Of a DNA stretch of 64,000 nt, positions 24,109 to 44,494 are shown one piece after another; position 1 is the first letter of the stretch, and each line of letters starts with the position of its first letter. Source of the DNA: Bugula neritina (taxonomy: Eukaryota; Animalia; Bryozoa); contig OZ037768.1 in NCBI GenBank assembly GCA_964035545.1, positions 24,275,319-24,339,318 on the forward strand. Reading direction: 5' to 3'. Both the position numbers and the translations under genes were made by a program. The notes under the pieces were generated by a model. The model did not search any database, was not told the origin of the DNA, and saw nothing but the letters and a program-made list of their open reading frames with translations.

Positions 24109-26968
24109 TTATCTGCTGATCATCATCTTTACCGCCTTCAAAGAGTAGTAAAACCCTTTCCAGGTGTACCACACGATTCCTTGTGCATACGGAGAAGTTA
24201 CATTTCTAGCATACCACTCTCCATTGAGATGTGACATCAGACAGTCGTCGTACCACCATGCCCCTGTATACCAGATATAATGACATTAAGATGTGACGCA
24301 AAACAACCAGTGAACCACCATGCCCCTGTATAGAATCATTTAAATAAGATATAATGGCATTTCATCAGCCAATAGCACGTTGAGATACAGCCATGTTGTT
24401 ATACACTCACTGCTAGATTATCATAATGATGTCACATTTGGTAATGGCATTTACCCTTGTATAGTTGTGCACAATGCGCATTGATGTTGTCATTGTCCAT
24501 ATCAAGTGTGCTAAATTCTTTTCCATTGTGATCAATTGGTGAAACATTGAAAGAATTTCCGGAATCATCTCCACTGTATCCAGATATCTAAACAAGTTAC
24601 AGGATGCAGCGAGACTTTGCAATTCAAAGGATTGCTCTATCTTGTCTAATAAATGGCCATTTAGGTCAAACACACATAATATTGTGTTTTTCTAAGCATG
24701 CATTGACAAAAAGCATTTGACCAAAGGTAAAAAAACTTAGTTGAAGTTGAGGGTGTAGATTGGTAACAGCCAAAACGCCGATTTTGAAATGAGCTGGGAA
24801 ATGTGACGTAACAGCGCCAGCATTCCTGCTGGTCACGTGACTATACAAATGAATAACTATAGAAATATGACTGTGAGATGTAATCTTTTAGCTTGCAATT
24901 TGTATATTTATAGAAGTGCAAATGTGAATTATCTCAATCTATAGTTTTTTGACATTTTAAATAACATGTATGTGATAACATTAGGCTATATTTTGCTTGT
25001 AAACATTAGAAAAAAGCCTTGCAAAAACATGCATTCTTTAGGATGAATGCCTGCGATAGATCTAAACTAAGTCAGATTGTGCAATATTACTGGTGCACCA
25101 AAGCTGACCTATATAGCGCACTGTAACTGCTTGAGCGTAATTGGTTGATGTTGTGCCCAGCAACCTTGAATACTAACGTTATAGTTAGCACGTGCAGCAT
25201 AGTTACTGGCGTTCACACGTCACGTATTAGGCTATTCTTTTTCATGGCTGAAAATTTTACCTCCCTCAAAATTGGAATTTTGAAAAGCTGTTTTCTAGGC
25301 ACATAGCCCTTTGCAAAGCCACAATTGTTTGCATACACATTAGATTATAGTTCATAATTATAATGTGATTGTAATAAACTAAGATTGAGCAATCCTTTAA
25401 TACAAATATTCGGAATCAAAACAGTTGATGATTGAATTGAAGTTTTCTAATATTTATAACATCTATTGCCACTATACATATTATATTACCTGTTCAATCT
25501 GTATCTGAATGTAAATAATTAAATAAGTAGATAACTAGTATGAGAAGAGAGTACCCACCGAAAGAAGATAATTACTAGAACTGTCTCCTATGTAGAACGT
25601 AGAGTAGTTGGCCTTCTTAACTTCTCCTTCAAAGTCTTCCAAGTAAATACTCAGTTTCTGATTGTTTCTAGTCAAGTAATAGATGTGATCCAGTCCTAAA
25701 CGGGAAGTAGAAGTTAGAGTATTTAATTTCTCATTAGAAATAAGTAACTTTTCAGTGTTTAAATCCAGTTCATAAAATACGTTAGGATGCTATATAATTA
25801 TAATATCATGAGACAGATAATAGCTATAACACAAGTATCAAACAAAAAGCAGTTACAACACACAAGATCAACCAATGAACAGTTACAACACACAATACTA
25901 ACTAATGAACAGTTACAACACACAGTATTAACCAATGAAACAAACCTAGCCAGAATTCACCATGGATATCACCAAACCCATCAACATAATCCTGCCAGCT
26001 TCTGTAGAAGTCCACTGAACCATCCATCCTTCTCTGTATTACAGTCCAGCCATGTTCATCATCAAACTCACACCACACTGGAAACTTAGCCAATGAGAGT
26101 GGATCTTGTAGGAAATATACTCCGGGACATCTCTCTCCAGACTCAAACACCTCCTCACAATCTGAGGTTAAGAACTGAGTTTATAAAACTGCAATATGTT
26201 TCATTGGACAGTATTCATTAGTAACTTCATGTATAATTATACTCACCCTTGTAATGTGTCTTTGGGTCTTCGCTTTTATTCTACAAACAAAGATATATCA
26301 TAACACCACTATATTCTTATTTATTACTCATATTATATTACTATATTATTGTTTATTACTCATATTATATTACTATATCATTATTTATTACTCATACTAT
26401 ATTACTATATTATTATTTATTACTCACATTATATTACTATATTCTTATTTGTTACTCATATTATATTACTATATCATTATTTATTACTCATACTATATCA
26501 CTATATTATTATTTATTACTCATATTATAATACCTGAATTAACTGCCAGCTTTGATCTCTAGCTGTACTGGTGTTAAAAACTTCTAGAGAACAAGTGGAG
26601 AGGATGTTGCATTGCTGTGAAATCTTGTTATATAAGGCAGCTCTACACTTTTCATCTTTCTCACACAACTGGCAGCAAATAGTAATCTCTGGTACCCCTG
26701 CGGCAGCATCATATATGATGGACATTTGTAATATTATTATAATTATTATACAATTATGATATAAAATATAGTAATATAAGATAAAGGAAATATATGATAT
26801 ATAAAACTAGATAATATACTAACCTGTATGATTCTTATAGAACTCTGTCTCTGGTATTGAATGTATCTCTACATCAGATATGATACTGTATACTGATGTA
26901 CTGTGCCCAGAACAAAGTTATACACATGCAACTACTGCCTTCCCTACCATGTATAATATGTTCCTCAT
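24109..26968 (-). pseudogene. PAN-FReD gene, copy 2 (exon 1 disrupted)
   Basis: Same 7-exon structure; exon 1 has +2 nt (in-frame TAA from the first ATG) plus an 8-bp deletion at ~26910 that also breaks the alternative ATG frame. Confidence 0.7.
24628..25396. mobile_element. Non-autonomous TTAA-target DNA transposon (Kolobok-like)
   Basis: TIRs AGGATTGCTCTATCTT / AAGATTGAGCAATCCT, flanks TCAA/TTAA; copy 4 has the empty TTAA site at 35650-35653. Confidence 0.8.
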
Positions 26969-27510
26969 TATGTAATGTCTTATGTCTTCCAATGCTGGAA
27001 AAGAAACATGCTCTGGTTTGATTTAGCTGTGGATATGGTTTGGAAAATTATAACTCTTTATAAGCTAGCATATTAAATAATTATTATTGATTTAAATTTT
27101 CTAACATTTTAAATATCGATCTAAAATAGACCTTTGGGAATTCTGTTGGGACATAATATTTACATAACTAATTGCATGATGCACTGCTTTATTATTCTTT
27201 TATACATAACCTTATTATTACTTATATATCATAATATACCCTAAACAATATGACATACAAGAATATACTGAGGGTGACAGACAATTTAGTAAACTGCTGG
27301 CAATATGCCAGTTTTAACAAAGGTATCTGTTCATTATTCTTTTGTTTATTGTAAAAGCAGGCGCCAACAGAAAATTTTGATTGGAGGAATTATATAACTA
27401 GATAATAAATTATGTCATGTGTGGTTGTGTTTGAATGTTTGTAGCCAGCAGACATGTAGAGTATATAATATTCTAGACAGCTAAACTTGGACCATATCTA
27501 GTAAGGTTGA

Positions 27511-28183
27511 CCCCTCATTCACACTTACCGTATCGTACGCCGTAACAGCAAAAATAAAATGGCGACGCTGTTGCATTTTGTCAACGGGTGTTCACACATT
27601 GCCGTAAAAATACAACGCATGACGTTGAGTTGTGACCAATCATAATGAGGTTAATTTTTGTCTGCGGTGATTTGGATATTATTTACAAATTATTCGCAAC
27701 ATTCTTATCAAAAGATGTTATATAAATGCTATTTACTAAATAAAAGCAATTACATAGAAAGAATCTTTTTTAAAAATATATTCGTTTTTAAAATAATTGT
27801 GCAAACTAATTTAAATAATGAATATTTAAGCCGTCCAAATCATTTTTAAGTTTTTGGTTTGCTTGATTTTATGATTAGGGAAAGCTAGATTTTTAAGCTG
27901 AGTTTAATTCAAACAAGCCGGATAAAGATTTTTTAATCTTTTAAAACTTTTGAATTGATTAAATTAAATCAAAAATAAGCGATTAAAATAAACTAGCGAA
28001 AATGTTCTTTAAATTTTAGTACCAGATCAACTCTACCCAATAGGAGCCCGCCGTTATTTTTTTAATCAAGCACTGCTTGATCAACGCCGCAACGTATACC
28101 GGAGTACGATTTAGCCCGGATGTTAACAAAAATCGCTAAAATTTGCTGTTACGGCGTACGGTACGGTAAGTGTGAATAGGGGG
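27511..28183. mobile_element. Duplicate of Harbinger-like MITE
   Basis: +6072 copy of 21439-22111. Confidence 0.85.
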
Positions 28184-30180
28184 TTAAACTACAGACAGTT
28201 GAATGTAGATTATAGACAGTAAAAGTTAGTTGCTTTAGCTCGCACAAAATATACGTTTGTAAGTCTGGCTTTAAAATCATAATTTTCAATAGACAATAAT
28301 TTACATCTAGTTAAAGCACTTGCCTTCATCAGTTTTTGCAAAATGATTTTTTTAAATAGCTTATAATTGATAACTGTTACAAAGAACAAGGGACAAGGTT
28401 ATTACGACAGGAGTTGTCCTTCCATCGCAAGGCTATCAAGTGGTTGAAATACTGAAACTGTTTATTATTAAGTATCGAGAATAAAATGTATATAGTTTCA
28501 ATTCCATTAATTAAAAGGTTGGAGTAGAAAAAAGAAGTTAAATTTAATAGCAGAAGAAGAAAATTGGGCTGTCTACCGTTATCTGTTTGTATTCAAAACC
28601 TTCATTTTCAACAACAAGCTAATTTTTACAGAAACTAACTTTAAACATTGTTAGCTGCTGACAGCATTTTTTTGCAAATGAAGCAGCAGCTGATAAGACC
28701 ATATTTATGCAGTCCTTTCTTTTCTTCTCGGGCTCCTTTTGTTGAAACAATTTTATGTTTTTTACTTTTTATTCTCGCAATTAAGTCATGAACTCAAGTC
28801 ATTTATCATAGCTACTCCTCTTTCTATAGTTCACACAGTGAGAGCTTTAATTATTCTTTACTTTTCTACTCCAACTCAGTGTTGACTGGTTGTTTGTATA
28901 TAATATTTTATATCATTTGTCAATATTTGTACACATTTGATTAATATTCATTTATTTTTATATCAAGCTTTCTTAGCCCACAGTATTTGGCTTGATGCAA
29001 TACTGGTATAGTTTTTCAGGACTATTTATCTATGCAAGTGACACTGGGTGTGTTTTATGTTCCTCAAGCACTTGACGAGCACTTGTTGACTGTTTTACTG
29101 TTTCTACATAATGTTGAGTTACATATGTTGGTTAATAAACTCAATGAACTGTATCTACCCACTGTATGTTGTTTTGTATTACATAACTAAAGAGTTCTAT
29201 TTATAGCAGGAGACAACTTATATAAATAGTGTAACTCTATGATTAGAAAATAACTACAAGAATAGCATACACCCAGGTGTTTGCTAGATGATAGATATTA
29301 TTGTATAATACTTTATGTTGTCACCATAACTTCCTACTTCTTCATATTCAACATTATAATCTACCAGCAGCAATGGTTTGGGTGGTTTTTCTTACAACAA
29401 AGTTATTTTAGACAAACCAACTTTTGCTGTTAGTTTGTTTCAAATATTGAATTTCAGAGTCAAATCCTTAGGTCATCTCCAAAATATAAAATAAAATAAA
29501 ATCTCTATAATGCAATAAAATAAATACTTAAATTTAGTTGAAAGATAACATAACAAAGTCAAAAGAAGAAAACAGACAAGGTGGAATTATAGAAACACCC
29601 TCGAGATAGAAATTTTCCTACTATAAGTTTTATAGTAAAAAAGTCTTGGCATAATGAAATCTTTATTATAAACTAAAATATATGCTTTCAATACCAGCTG
29701 CCTGTTTCTGTACAGTTGCATGTTGGTACAGTTATGTGATGGTACAGTTATGTGATGGTACAGTTATGTGATGATACAGTTGTGTGATGATACAGTTATG
29801 TGATGGTACAGTTGTGTGATGGTACAGTTATGTGATGGTACAGTTATGTGATGGTACAGTTGTGTGATGGTACAGTTATGTGATGGTACAGTTATGTGAT
29901 GATACAGTTGTGATGGTACAGTTATGTGATGGTACAGTTGTGTGATGATACAGTTATGTGATGGTACAGTTGTGTGATGGTACAGTTATGTGATGGTACA
30001 GTTATGTGATGGTACAGTTGTGTGATGGTACAGTTATGTGATGGTACAGTTATGTGATGATACAGTTGTGATGGTACAGTTATGTGATGGTACAGTTGTA
30101 TGATGGTACAGTTATGTGTTGGTACAGTTATGTGATGGTACAGTTATGTGATGGTACAGTTATATGAACCAAACAACATC

Positions 30181-33048
30181 TTATCTGCTGATCATCATCT
30201 TTACCGCCTTCAAAGAGTAGTAAAACCCTTTCCAGGTGTACCACACGATTCCTTGTGCATACGGAGAAGTTACATTTCTAGCATACCACTCTCCATTGAG
30301 ATGTGACATCAGACAGTCGTCGTACCACCATGCCCCTGTATACCAGATATAATGACATTAAGATGTGACGCAAAACAACCAGTGAACCACCATGCCCCTG
30401 TATAGAATCATTTAAATAAGATATAATGGCATTTCATCAGCCAATAGCACGTTGAGATACAGCCATGTTGTTATACACTCACTGCTAGATTATCATAATG
30501 ATGTCACATTTGGTAATGGCATTTACCCTTGTATAGTTGTGCACAATGCGCATTGATGTTGTCATTGTCCATATCAAGTGTGCTAAATTCTTTTCCATTG
30601 TGATCAATTGGTGAAACATTGAAAGAATTTCCGGAATCATCTCCACTGTATCCAGATATCTAAACAAGTTACAGGATGCAGCGAGACTTTGCAATTCAAA
30701 GGATTGCTCTATCTTGTCTAATAAATGGCCATTTAGGTCAAACACACATAATATTGTGTTTTTCTAAGCATGCATTGACAAAAAGCATTTGACCAAAGGT
30801 AAAAAAACTTAGTTGAAGTTGAGGGTGTAGATTGGTAACAGCCAAAACGCCGATTTTGAAATGAGCTGGGAAATGTGACGTAACAGCGCCAGCATTCCTG
30901 CTGGTCACGTGACTATACAAATGAATAACTATAGAAATATGACTGTGAGATGTAATCTTTTAGCTTGCAATTTGTATATTTATAGAAGTGCAAATGTGAA
31001 TTATCTCAATCTATAGTTTTTTGACATTTTAAATAACATGTATGTGATAACATTAGGCTATATTTTGCTTGTAAACATTAGAAAAAAGCCTTGCAAAAAC
31101 ATGCATTCTTTAGGATGAATGCCTGCGATAGATCTAAACTAAGTCAGATTGTGCAATATTACTGGTGCACCAAAGCTGACCTATATAGCGCACTGTAACT
31201 GCTTGAGCGTAATTGGTTGATGTTGTGCCCAGCAACCTTGAATACTAACGTTATAGTTAGCACGTGCAGCATAGTTACTGGCGTTCACACGTCACGTATT
31301 AGGCTATTCTTTTTCATGGCTGAAAATTTTACCTCCCTCAAAATTGGAATTTTGAAAAGCTGTTTTCTAGGCACATAGCCCTTTGCAAAGCCACAATTGT
31401 TTGCATACACATTAGATTATAGTTCATAATTATAATGTGATTGTAATAAACTAAGATTGAGCAATCCTTTAATACAAATATTCGGAATCAAAACAGTTGA
31501 TGATTGAATTGAAGTTTTCTAATATTTATAACATCTATTGCCACTATACATATTATATTACCTGTTCAATCTGTATCTGAATGTAAATAATTAAATAAGT
31601 AGATAACTAGTATGAGAAGAGAGTACCCACCGAAAGAAGATAATTACTAGAACTGTCTCCTATGTAGAACGTAGAGTAGTTGGCCTTCTTAACTTCTCCT
31701 TCAAAGTCTTCCAAGTAAATACTCAGTTTCTGATTGTTTCTAGTCAAGTAATAGATGTGATCCAGTCCTAAACGGGAAGTAGAAGTTAGAGTATTTAATT
31801 TCTCATTAGAAATAAGTAACTTTTCAGTGTTTAAATCCAGTTCATAAAATACGTTAGGATGCTATATAATTATAATATCATGAGACAGATAATAGCTATA
31901 ACACAAGTATCAAACAAAAAGCAGTTACAACACACAAGATCAACCAATGAACAGTTACAACACACAATACTAACTAATGAACAGTTACAACACACAGTAT
32001 TAACCAATGAAACAAACCTAGCCAGAATTCACCATGGATATCACCAAACCCATCAACATAATCCTGCCAGCTTCTGTAGAAGTCCACTGAACCATCCATC
32101 CTTCTCTGTATTACAGTCCAGCCATGTTCATCATCAAACTCACACCACACTGGAAACTTAGCCAATGAGAGTGGATCTTGTAGGAAATATACTCCGGGAC
32201 ATCTCTCTCCAGACTCAAACACCTCCTCACAATCTGAGGTTAAGAACTGAGTTTATAAAACTGCAATATGTTTCATTGGACAGTATTCATTAGTAACTTC
32301 ATGTATAATTATACTCACCCTTGTAATGTGTCTTTGGGTCTTCGCTTTTATTCTACAAACAAAGATATATCATAACACCACTATATTCTTATTTATTACT
32401 CATATTATATTACTATATTATTGTTTATTACTCATATTATATTACTATATCATTATTTATTACTCATACTATATTACTATATTATTATTTATTACTCACA
32501 TTATATTACTATATTCTTATTTGTTACTCATATTATATTACTATATCATTATTTATTACTCATACTATATCACTATATTATTATTTATTACTCATATTAT
32601 AATACCTGAATTAACTGCCAGCTTTGATCTCTAGCTGTACTGGTGTTAAAAACTTCTAGAGAACAAGTGGAGAGGATGTTGCATTGCTGTGAAATCTTGT
32701 TATATAAGGCAGCTCTACACTTTTCATCTTTCTCACACAACTGGCAGCAAATAGTAATCTCTGGTACCCCTGCGGCAGCATCATATATGATGGACATTTG
32801 TAATATTATTATAATTATTATACAATTATGATATAAAATATAGTAATATAAGATAAAGGAAATATATGATATATAAAACTAGATAATATACTAACCTGTA
32901 TGATTCTTATAGAACTCTGTCTCTGGTATTGAATGTATCTCTACATCAGATATGATACTGTATACTGATGTACTGTGCCCAGATGTAACTAACAAAGTTA
33001 TACACATGCAACTACTGCCTTCCCTACCATGTATAATATGTTCCTCAT
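30181..33048 (-). CDS. PAN-FReD gene, copy 3 (first ATG out of frame; could start at downstream MCITLLVTS)
   Basis: Downstream exons intact as in copy 2; a +2 nt change in the signal-peptide region puts TAA in frame with the first ATG but creates an in-frame ATG. Confidence 0.6.
30700..31468. mobile_element. Duplicate of Kolobok-like element
   Basis: +6072 copy of 24628-25396. Confidence 0.8.
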
Positions 33049-35176
33049 TATGTAATGTCTTATGTCTTCCAATGCTGGAAAAGAAACATGCTCTTGTTTG
33101 ATTTAGCTGTGGATATGGTTTGGAAAATTATAACTCTTTATAAGCTAGCATATTAAATAATTATTATTGATTTAAATTTTCTAACATTTTAAATATCGAT
33201 CTAAAATAGACCTTTGGGAATTCTGTTGGGACATAATATTTACATAACTAATTGCATGATGCACTGCTTTATTATTCTTTTATACATAACCTTATTATTA
33301 CTTATATATCATAATATACCCTAAACAATATGACATACAAGAATATACTGAGGGTGACAGACAATTTAGTAAACTGCTGGCAATATGCCAGTTTTAACAA
33401 AGGTATCTGTTCATTATTCTTTTGTTTATTGTAAAAGCAGGCGCCAACAGAAAATTTTGATTGGAGGAATTATATAACTAGATAATAAATTATGTCATGT
33501 GTGGTTGTGTTTGAATGTTTGTAGCCAGCAGACATGTAGAGTATATAATATTCTAGAGAGTAAAACTCTAACTATATCTAGTAAGGTTTAAACTACAGAC
33601 AGTTGAATGTAGATTATAGACAGTAAAAGTTATAGTTGCTTTAGTTCGCACAAAATATACGTTTGTAAGTCTGGCTTTAAAATCATGATTTTCAACAGAT
33701 AATAACTTACGTTTAGTTAAAGCACTTGCCTTCATCAGTTTTTGCAAAATGATTTTTTAAATAGCTTATAATTGATAACTGTTACAAAGAACAAGGGACA
33801 AGGTTATTACGACAGGAGTTGTCCTTATATCGCTAGACTATAGCGTGGTTGACATACTGAAACTGTTTATTATTAGGTATTGAGTATAAAATGTATATAT
33901 TTTCAATTCTATTGGTTAAAAGGTTGGAGTAGAAAAAAGGAGTTAAATTTAATAGCAGAAGAAGAAAATTGGGCTGTGTGTATTTAAAACCTTCAGTTTA
34001 ATTTAGCAACAAGCTAATTGTTACATAAACTAACTTTAAACATTATTAGCTGCTGACAGTATTTTTTGCAAATAAAGCAGCAGGTGATAAAACCATATTT
34101 ATACAGTCCTTTCTTTTTTACTCGGGCTCCTTTTGTTGAAACAATTTTATGTTTTTTTTTACTTTTTATTCTCGCAATTAAGTCATGAACTCAAGTCATT
34201 TATTATAGCTACTCCTCTTTCTATAGTTCACACAGTGAGAGCTTTAATTATTCTTTACTTTTCTACTCCAACTCAGTGTTGACTGGTTGTTTGTATATAA
34301 TATTTTATATCATTTGTCAATATTTGTACGCATTTGATTAATATTCATTTATTTTTATACCAAGCTTTCTTAGCCCACAGTATTTGGCTTGATGCAATAC
34401 TGGTATAGTTTTTCAGGACTATTTATCTATGCAAGTGACACTGGGTGTGTTTTATGTTCCTCAAGCACTTGACAAGCACTTGTTGACTGTTTTACTGTTT
34501 CTACATTATGTTGAGTTACATATGTTGGTTAATAAACTCAATGAACTGTATCTACCCACTGTATGTTGTTCTGTATTACGTAACTAAAGAGTTCTATTTA
34601 TAGCAGGAGACAACTTATATAAATAGTGTAACTCTATGATCAGAAAATAACTACAAGAATAGCATACACCCAGATGTTTGCTAGATAAAGAATATTATTG
34701 TATAATACAGACACTTTATGTTGTCACCATAACTTCCTACTTCTTCATATTCAACATTATAATCTACCAGCAATAGGTTTGGGTGGCTTTTCTTACAACA
34801 CATTTATTTTAAACAAATCAACTTTTGCTGTTAGTTTGTTTCAAATATTGAATTTCAGAGTCAAATCCTTGGGTCATCTCCAAAATAAAAAATAAAATAA
34901 AATAAAATATCTATAATACAATAAAATAAATACGTAAATTTAGTTGAAAGATAACATAACAAAGTCAAAAGAAGAAAACAGACAAAGTGGAATTATAGAA
35001 ATACCCTCGAAATAGAAATTTTCCTACTATAAGTTTTATAGTAGAAAAGTCTTGGCATAATAAAGTCTTTATTATAAACTAAAATATATGCTTTCTATAC
35101 CAGCTGCCTGTTTTTGTTCAGTTGTGTGATGGTACAGTTATGTGTGATGGTACAGTTATGTGAACCAAACAACATC

Positions 35177-37211
35177 TCATCTGCTGATCATCATCTTTAC
35201 CGCCTTCAAAGAGTAGTAAAACCATTTCCAGGTCGACCACACGATTCCATGTGCAAACGGAGAAGTTACATTTCTAGGATACCACTCTCCATTAAGATGT
35301 GACGAAAAACAACCAGCGAACCACCATGCCCCTGTATAAAATCATTTAAATAAGATATAATGGCATTTCATCAGCCAATTGCATGTCGAGACATAGCAAT
35401 GCTGTTACACATTCACTGATGCGTTATCGTTTGCTATAGATTATCATAATGATGTCACATTTGGTAATGATATCTACCCGTAAATTTTTGTGCACAACTT
35501 TCACCATCGCGGTTGTCATTATCCATATCACGTGTGCTAAATTCTTTTCCATTGTGATCAATTGGTGAAACATTGAAAGAATTTCCAGAATCATCTCCAC
35601 TGTATCCAGATATCTAAACAAGTTACAGGATGCAGCGAGACTTTGCGATTTAATACACATAATCGGAATCAAAACAGTTGATGATTGAATTGAAGATTGC
35701 CAATATTTATAACATCCTTTGCTACTATATATATTAAATCACCCGTTCAGTCTGTATCTGAATGTAAAGAATTACATAAATAAGTAGATAACTAGTATGA
35801 GAAGAGAGTACCCACCGAGAGAAGATAATTACTAGAACTGTCTCCTATGTAGAATGTAGAATAGTTGGCTGATTTAACTTCTCCTTCAAAGTCTTCCAAG
35901 TAAATACTCAGTTTCTGGTTGTTTCTAGTCAAGTAGTAGATGTGATCCAGTCCTAAACAGGAAGTAGAAGTTTGAATATTTAGTTTCTCATTAGAAATAA
36001 GTAACTTTTCAGTGTTTAAATCCAGTTTATAAAATACGTTAGGATGCTATATAATTATAATATCATGAGACAGATAATAGCTACAACACAAGTACCGTAT
36101 CAACCAAAAAGCAGTTACAACACACAAGATCAACCAATGAACAGTTACAACACACAGTATCAACCAACCAACAGCTACAACACACAAGATCAGCCAATCA
36201 ACAGCTACAACACACAAGATCGAGCAATGAAACACACCTAGCCAGAATTCACCATAGAGGTCACCAAACCCGTCAACATAATCCTGCCAGCCTCTGTAGA
36301 AGTTCACTGAACCATCCATTCTTCTCTGTATTACAGTCCAGCCATGTTCATCATCAAACTCACACCACACTGGAAACTTAGCCAAGGAGAGTGGATCTTG
36401 TAGGAGATACACTCCGGGACATCTCTCTCCAGACTCAAACACCTCCTCACAATCTGAGGTTAAGAACTGAGTCTATAAAGCTACAATATGTTTCATTGGA
36501 CAGTATTCATTAGTAACTTCATGTATAAGTATACTCACCCTTGTAATGTGTCTTTGGGTCTTCCCTTTTACTCTGCAAACAAACATATTATTATAACACC
36601 TTGCATCACTATATTCTTATTTATTACTCATATTATATTACTATATTCTTATTTATTACTCATAATATTATATTACTATATTCTTATTTATTACTCATAT
36701 TATATTACTATATTCTTATTTATTACTCACACTATATTACTATATTCTTATTTATTACTCATATTATAATACCTGAATTAACTGCCAGCTTTGATCTCTA
36801 GATGTACTGATGTTAGAAACGTGTAGAGAACAAGTGGAGAGGATGTTGCATTGTTGTGAAATCTTGTTATACAAAGCAGTTCTACACTCTTCATCTTTCT
36901 CACACAACTGGCAGCAAATACTAATCTCTGGTACCCCTGCGGCAGCATCATATATGATGAGCATTTGTAATATTATACTATTATACTATTATACAATATA
37001 AAATATAGTAATATAAGATAAAGGAAATATATGATATATAAAACTAGATAATATACTAACCTGTATGATTCTTATAGAACTCTGTCTCTGGTATTGAATG
37101 TATCTCTACATCGGATATGATACTGTATACTGATGTACTGTATACAGATGTAACTAATAAAGATATACACACAAATACTGCCTTCCTTATCATGTATAAT
37201 ATGTTCCTCAT
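35177..37211 (-). CDS. Secreted PAN/apple + fibrinogen-related domain protein, copy 4 (intact, ~330 aa)
   Basis: Exons 37061-37211, 36773-36936, 36539-36572, 36238-36453, 35816-35952, 35478-35613, 35177-35331 (993 nt, in frame). Signal-like [28 protein letters not shown]-like [26 protein letters not shown], complete FReD. Confidence 0.88.
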
Positions 37212-38179
37212 TATGTAATGTCTTATGTCTTCTAATGATGGAAAAGAAACATGCTCTGGTTTGATTTAGCTGTGGATATGGTTTGGAAATTTATAACTGC
37301 ATATTAAATAACAATTATTATTGATTTCAATTTTTTAAACATCTTATATATTTAAAACAAATACTTGATAATTCTTTTTGTATATTTAAAAAGTTAACTA
37401 CATAATATAGTGTTTCAATATGATACATACAACACATTTAATATTCATATATATTCTCAACCAATCAATATTTCAACATCACACATGAAGTAGACTCTGC
37501 GTGTATGAAGTTAGAGCTGTAATTTCAGTCCATGAATATTATTTAATGTATATTTTATTTCTTCAGATATTGTGTTGATGAACAGTTTTTATATGGAGAA
37601 AATATGTATTGCTTAGATGAAGATTTTAATTGTGGTTATATGCATTTAAACACCAAAATAATATTACATAACTTTCATAAAACAGCTGCAGAAAAATGAA
37701 CGTTTATTCTTTTTTGGTTTTATTGTAAAATAATGCTACCAAAATTATAAGTAGAAATAAAAATCAATTAAACTCGATTATAGAAAAAACAAAGTTTTGA
37801 TGTGCAGGTTTTCTGTATCTATTGGTTTATGATAAGTTTTATTTTAAACATTAAGTTTGTTGTAAACAAACAGTCCATCTTGGAATCTCATTAGAAGCCA
37901 TTTTAAGTTTTAACAGCAGCTTGAATGGTGCTATATCACTGCATTATACTTAGTTAGTGATTTTAGTTTGAAAATGAGATTGTGTACGCTTATTGTCGTG
38001 TGTAATGAGAACAGGTAGTAATTAGGGTCATTAAGGCCTAAGCAGGTAATATTACAGGTAGAGCTAGCCCAATATTCGACAGAGCGGGATAATTTAAAAA
38101 GCGGATATGTAATTGTAAAACGTAAGAAAAGTAAGTCAGTTGGCGAGTTGTCTGTTCTTAATAGCTGTTTTACTGAAAG

Positions 38180-38312
38180 TTCTTGATTGGTTAGTTATGT
38201 TTAACTGCTGATGATTGTCCAATCAAAACAACGGAATTTATTCAACCATAAAACTCATATTTTCAAATTTATTGTGCCAAGTGGGAATTACTCGCGAATT
38301 TCATTTAAATAA
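38180..38312 (+). promoter_or_regulatory. Candidate G2/M-type promoter of PLK1 (two CCAAT boxes + CHR-like motif)
   Basis: ATTGG 38186-38190 and CCAAT 38219-38223 (33 bp apart), TTCAAA (reverse TTTGAA, CHR) 38262-38267, CTCGCGAA ~38291 and TTTAAA ~38305, all within 170 nt of the ATG. Confidence 0.4.
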
Positions 38313-38347
38313 TTAAAGGCTTTAGTTTACACCTGCTCAAATTAAAA

Positions 38348-44494
<6,147 letters not shown>

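Larger units (their letters stand above)
20500..33560. repeat. Near-identical tandem segmental duplication, period 6072 bp
   Basis: ORFs and features recur at +6072 (21586/27658, 24413/30485, 25902/31974); only scattered SNPs and small indels seen. Boundaries approximate. Confidence 0.9.
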
